The notes under the pieces: model-generated | What the model was told of the DNA's origin: nothing | What the model saw: the letters and a program-made list of their open reading frames with translations, nothing else | Database searches by the model: none | Position numbers and translations under genes: made by a program | DNA from: Candidatus Woesearchaeota archaeon | Lineage (GTDB): Archaea > Nanobdellota > Nanobdellia > Woesearchaeales > SKGA01 | Reading direction: 5' to 3' | NCBI GenBank assembly: GCA_016926395.1 | Contig: JAFGOT010000033.1 | Span: 1 to 28,716, forward strand | DNA: 28,716 nucleotides | Part shown: positions 27,737 to 28,716 of the stretch, in pieces | Layout of the letters: each line of letters opens with the position of its first letter | Numbering within the stretch: position 1 is the stretch's first letter

Positions 27737-28423
27737 ATGGCAATCAAACAAGGAGATTTTATCGAAATTGAATATACTGGAAAATTAAATGACGAATCTA
27801 AAGCAGTTTTTGACACTACAAACGCAGAAGTTGCTAAAAAAGAAGGATTATTTGACGAAAAGACCAAATATGGTCCGATGATTATTGTTGTTGGAGAACA
27901 ACAAGTTATTCCAGGTCTTGATAATGCATTAGTTGGAAAAGATATTGGAAAACATAGTTTTGAAATTGCTGACATCGATGCTTTTGGTAAAAAAACAGCT
28001 AGTAAAATTCAACTAGTTCCTGCTAAAGTATTCACTAAAGAACAAATCAGACCATTCCCTGGACTTCAGGTTAATATTGATGGCCAAATCGGAACTATCC
28101 GAACTGTTAGTGGCGGTCGTGTTATGGTTGACTTTAATCACCCATTATCTTCAAAAGATGTTGTTTATGATGTTGAAGTTAAAAGAATCATCACAGATAA
28201 AAAAGAACAAGTTACAGCGTTCTTTAATTTAATGAACTTCCCAGTTGTTAATATTGAAGCAGATGAAAAACTTGCTACAATCACTGTTGCTTCGGCTCTT
28301 CCTGAAAATCTAACCCTTCCTTTAGGAGAAGATATCAAACGATTAACAAATATCGCTTCAATTGAATTCAAAGTTAAAGAATCAAAAAAAGAAGTTAAAA
28401 AAGAAGAATCTAAGTCAGAATAG
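27737..28423 (+). CDS. Long-type FKBP peptidyl-prolyl isomerase (SlyD-like)
   Basis: GDFIEIEYTG...FDTT, VIPGLDNAL, GGRVMVDFNHPL. Confidence 0.93.
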   Translation: MAIKQGDFIEIEYTGKLNDESKAVFDTTNAEVAKKEGLFDEKTKYGPMIIVVGEQQVIPGLDNALVGKDIGKHSFEIADIDAFGKKTASKIQLVPAKVFTKEQIRPFPGLQVNIDGQIGTIRTVSGGRVMVDFNHPLSSKDVVYDVEVKRIITDKKEQVTAFFNLMNFPVVNIEADEKLATITVASALPENLTLPLGEDIKRLTNIASIEFKVKESKKEVKKEESKSE

Positions 28424-28645
28424 ATTTAGTGAATTTTTATTTTTATTTTATTTATACAAAACTTTAAATAAAACCAACATAAAAAAGGTAACTAATATGC
28501 ACATGTTCATCCTATTCAAAGAAACTGTCTTTAGCGTACTCGTGCGTTAGTAAAAACTCATTCTCATAGAAACAAAAATATCAAACTTTATTTTTTATCA
28601 TAATAAACAATTCAAGTAAAAACAAAATTTGGAGAACAAATTAAA

Positions 28646-28716
28646 ATGGAATTACCTCAAAAATACGACTTCAAAGAAATAGAAGCTAAATGGAAAGCTT
28701 ATTGGGATAAAAACAA
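28646..28716 (+). CDS. valS: Probable valyl-tRNA synthetase, 5' fragment running off the window
   Basis: MELPQKYDFKEIEAKWKAYWDKN resembles the ValRS N-terminus; LeuRS not fully excluded; GGAGA upstream. Confidence 0.65.
   Translation, partial: MELPQKYDFKEIEAKWKAYWDKN

Noticed and set aside
3910-28550. Short ORFs of 61-135 aa overlapping longer genes (for example 3910..4137, 7611..7802, 18641..19048, 24162..24464, 27706..27975)
   Set aside because: Shadow ORFs of well-supported genes, with Phe/Leu-rich or featureless composition
28424-28645. Possible ncRNA or T-box-like leader before valS
   Set aside because: Only 4-5-bp stems and no recognisable conserved motif
1-28716. Genome-wide TAG reassignment (pyrrolysine or Gln)
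   Set aside because: TAG ends thyX, Lrp, rpl39e, the sigma-like gene, the 1730-aa gene, rimK and FKBP at plausible C-termini, mostly with no meaningful continuation; TAA and TGA are also used as stops
1-28716. tRNA, rRNA, SRP/RNase P RNA, CRISPR array, IS element or prophage
   Set aside because: No T-loop/cloverleaf, sufficiently long GC-rich intergenic segment, repeat-spacer periodicity, transposase, integrase or virion gene was recognised

Overview
AT-rich archaeal chromosomal window. The eS19, eL39, eL31 and RNA polymerase subunit E' genes are archaea/eukaryote-specific. Together with TTTATAAA promoters and the style of the Cys-rich surface proteins, they point to a DPANN lineage, most likely Woesearchaeota-like (inference). 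Housekeeping genes: two-domain thyX, rps19e-rpl39e-rpl31e, mscS, corA, a DUF362 Fe-S protein, a ZIP transporter, PIN-rpoE', an FKBP PPIase and the probable start of valS. Between them lies an accessory block (about 11.6-26.2 kb, mostly minus strand) with several bacterial- or animal-type modules unexpected in an archaeon. (i) An ECF sigma-70-like protein. (ii) A ~1099-codon surface-protein gene carrying a mucin WxxW domain and split by a single in-frame TAG, with 168 start-less open codons after the stop. (iii) A class III signal (pilin-like) gene followed by a 1730-aa secreted protein in which an OmpA-like peptidoglycan-binding domain sits inside an apparently inactive gingipain (C25)-like scaffold. 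(iv) A RimB-like protease and RimK pair. (v) Two tandem ExeA-like ATPases. Structured 5' leaders are predicted by eye before rps19e, thyX and rpoE'. No tRNA, rRNA, CRISPR array or transposase was recognised. All domain calls come from motif recognition by eye and need HMM or structure confirmation.
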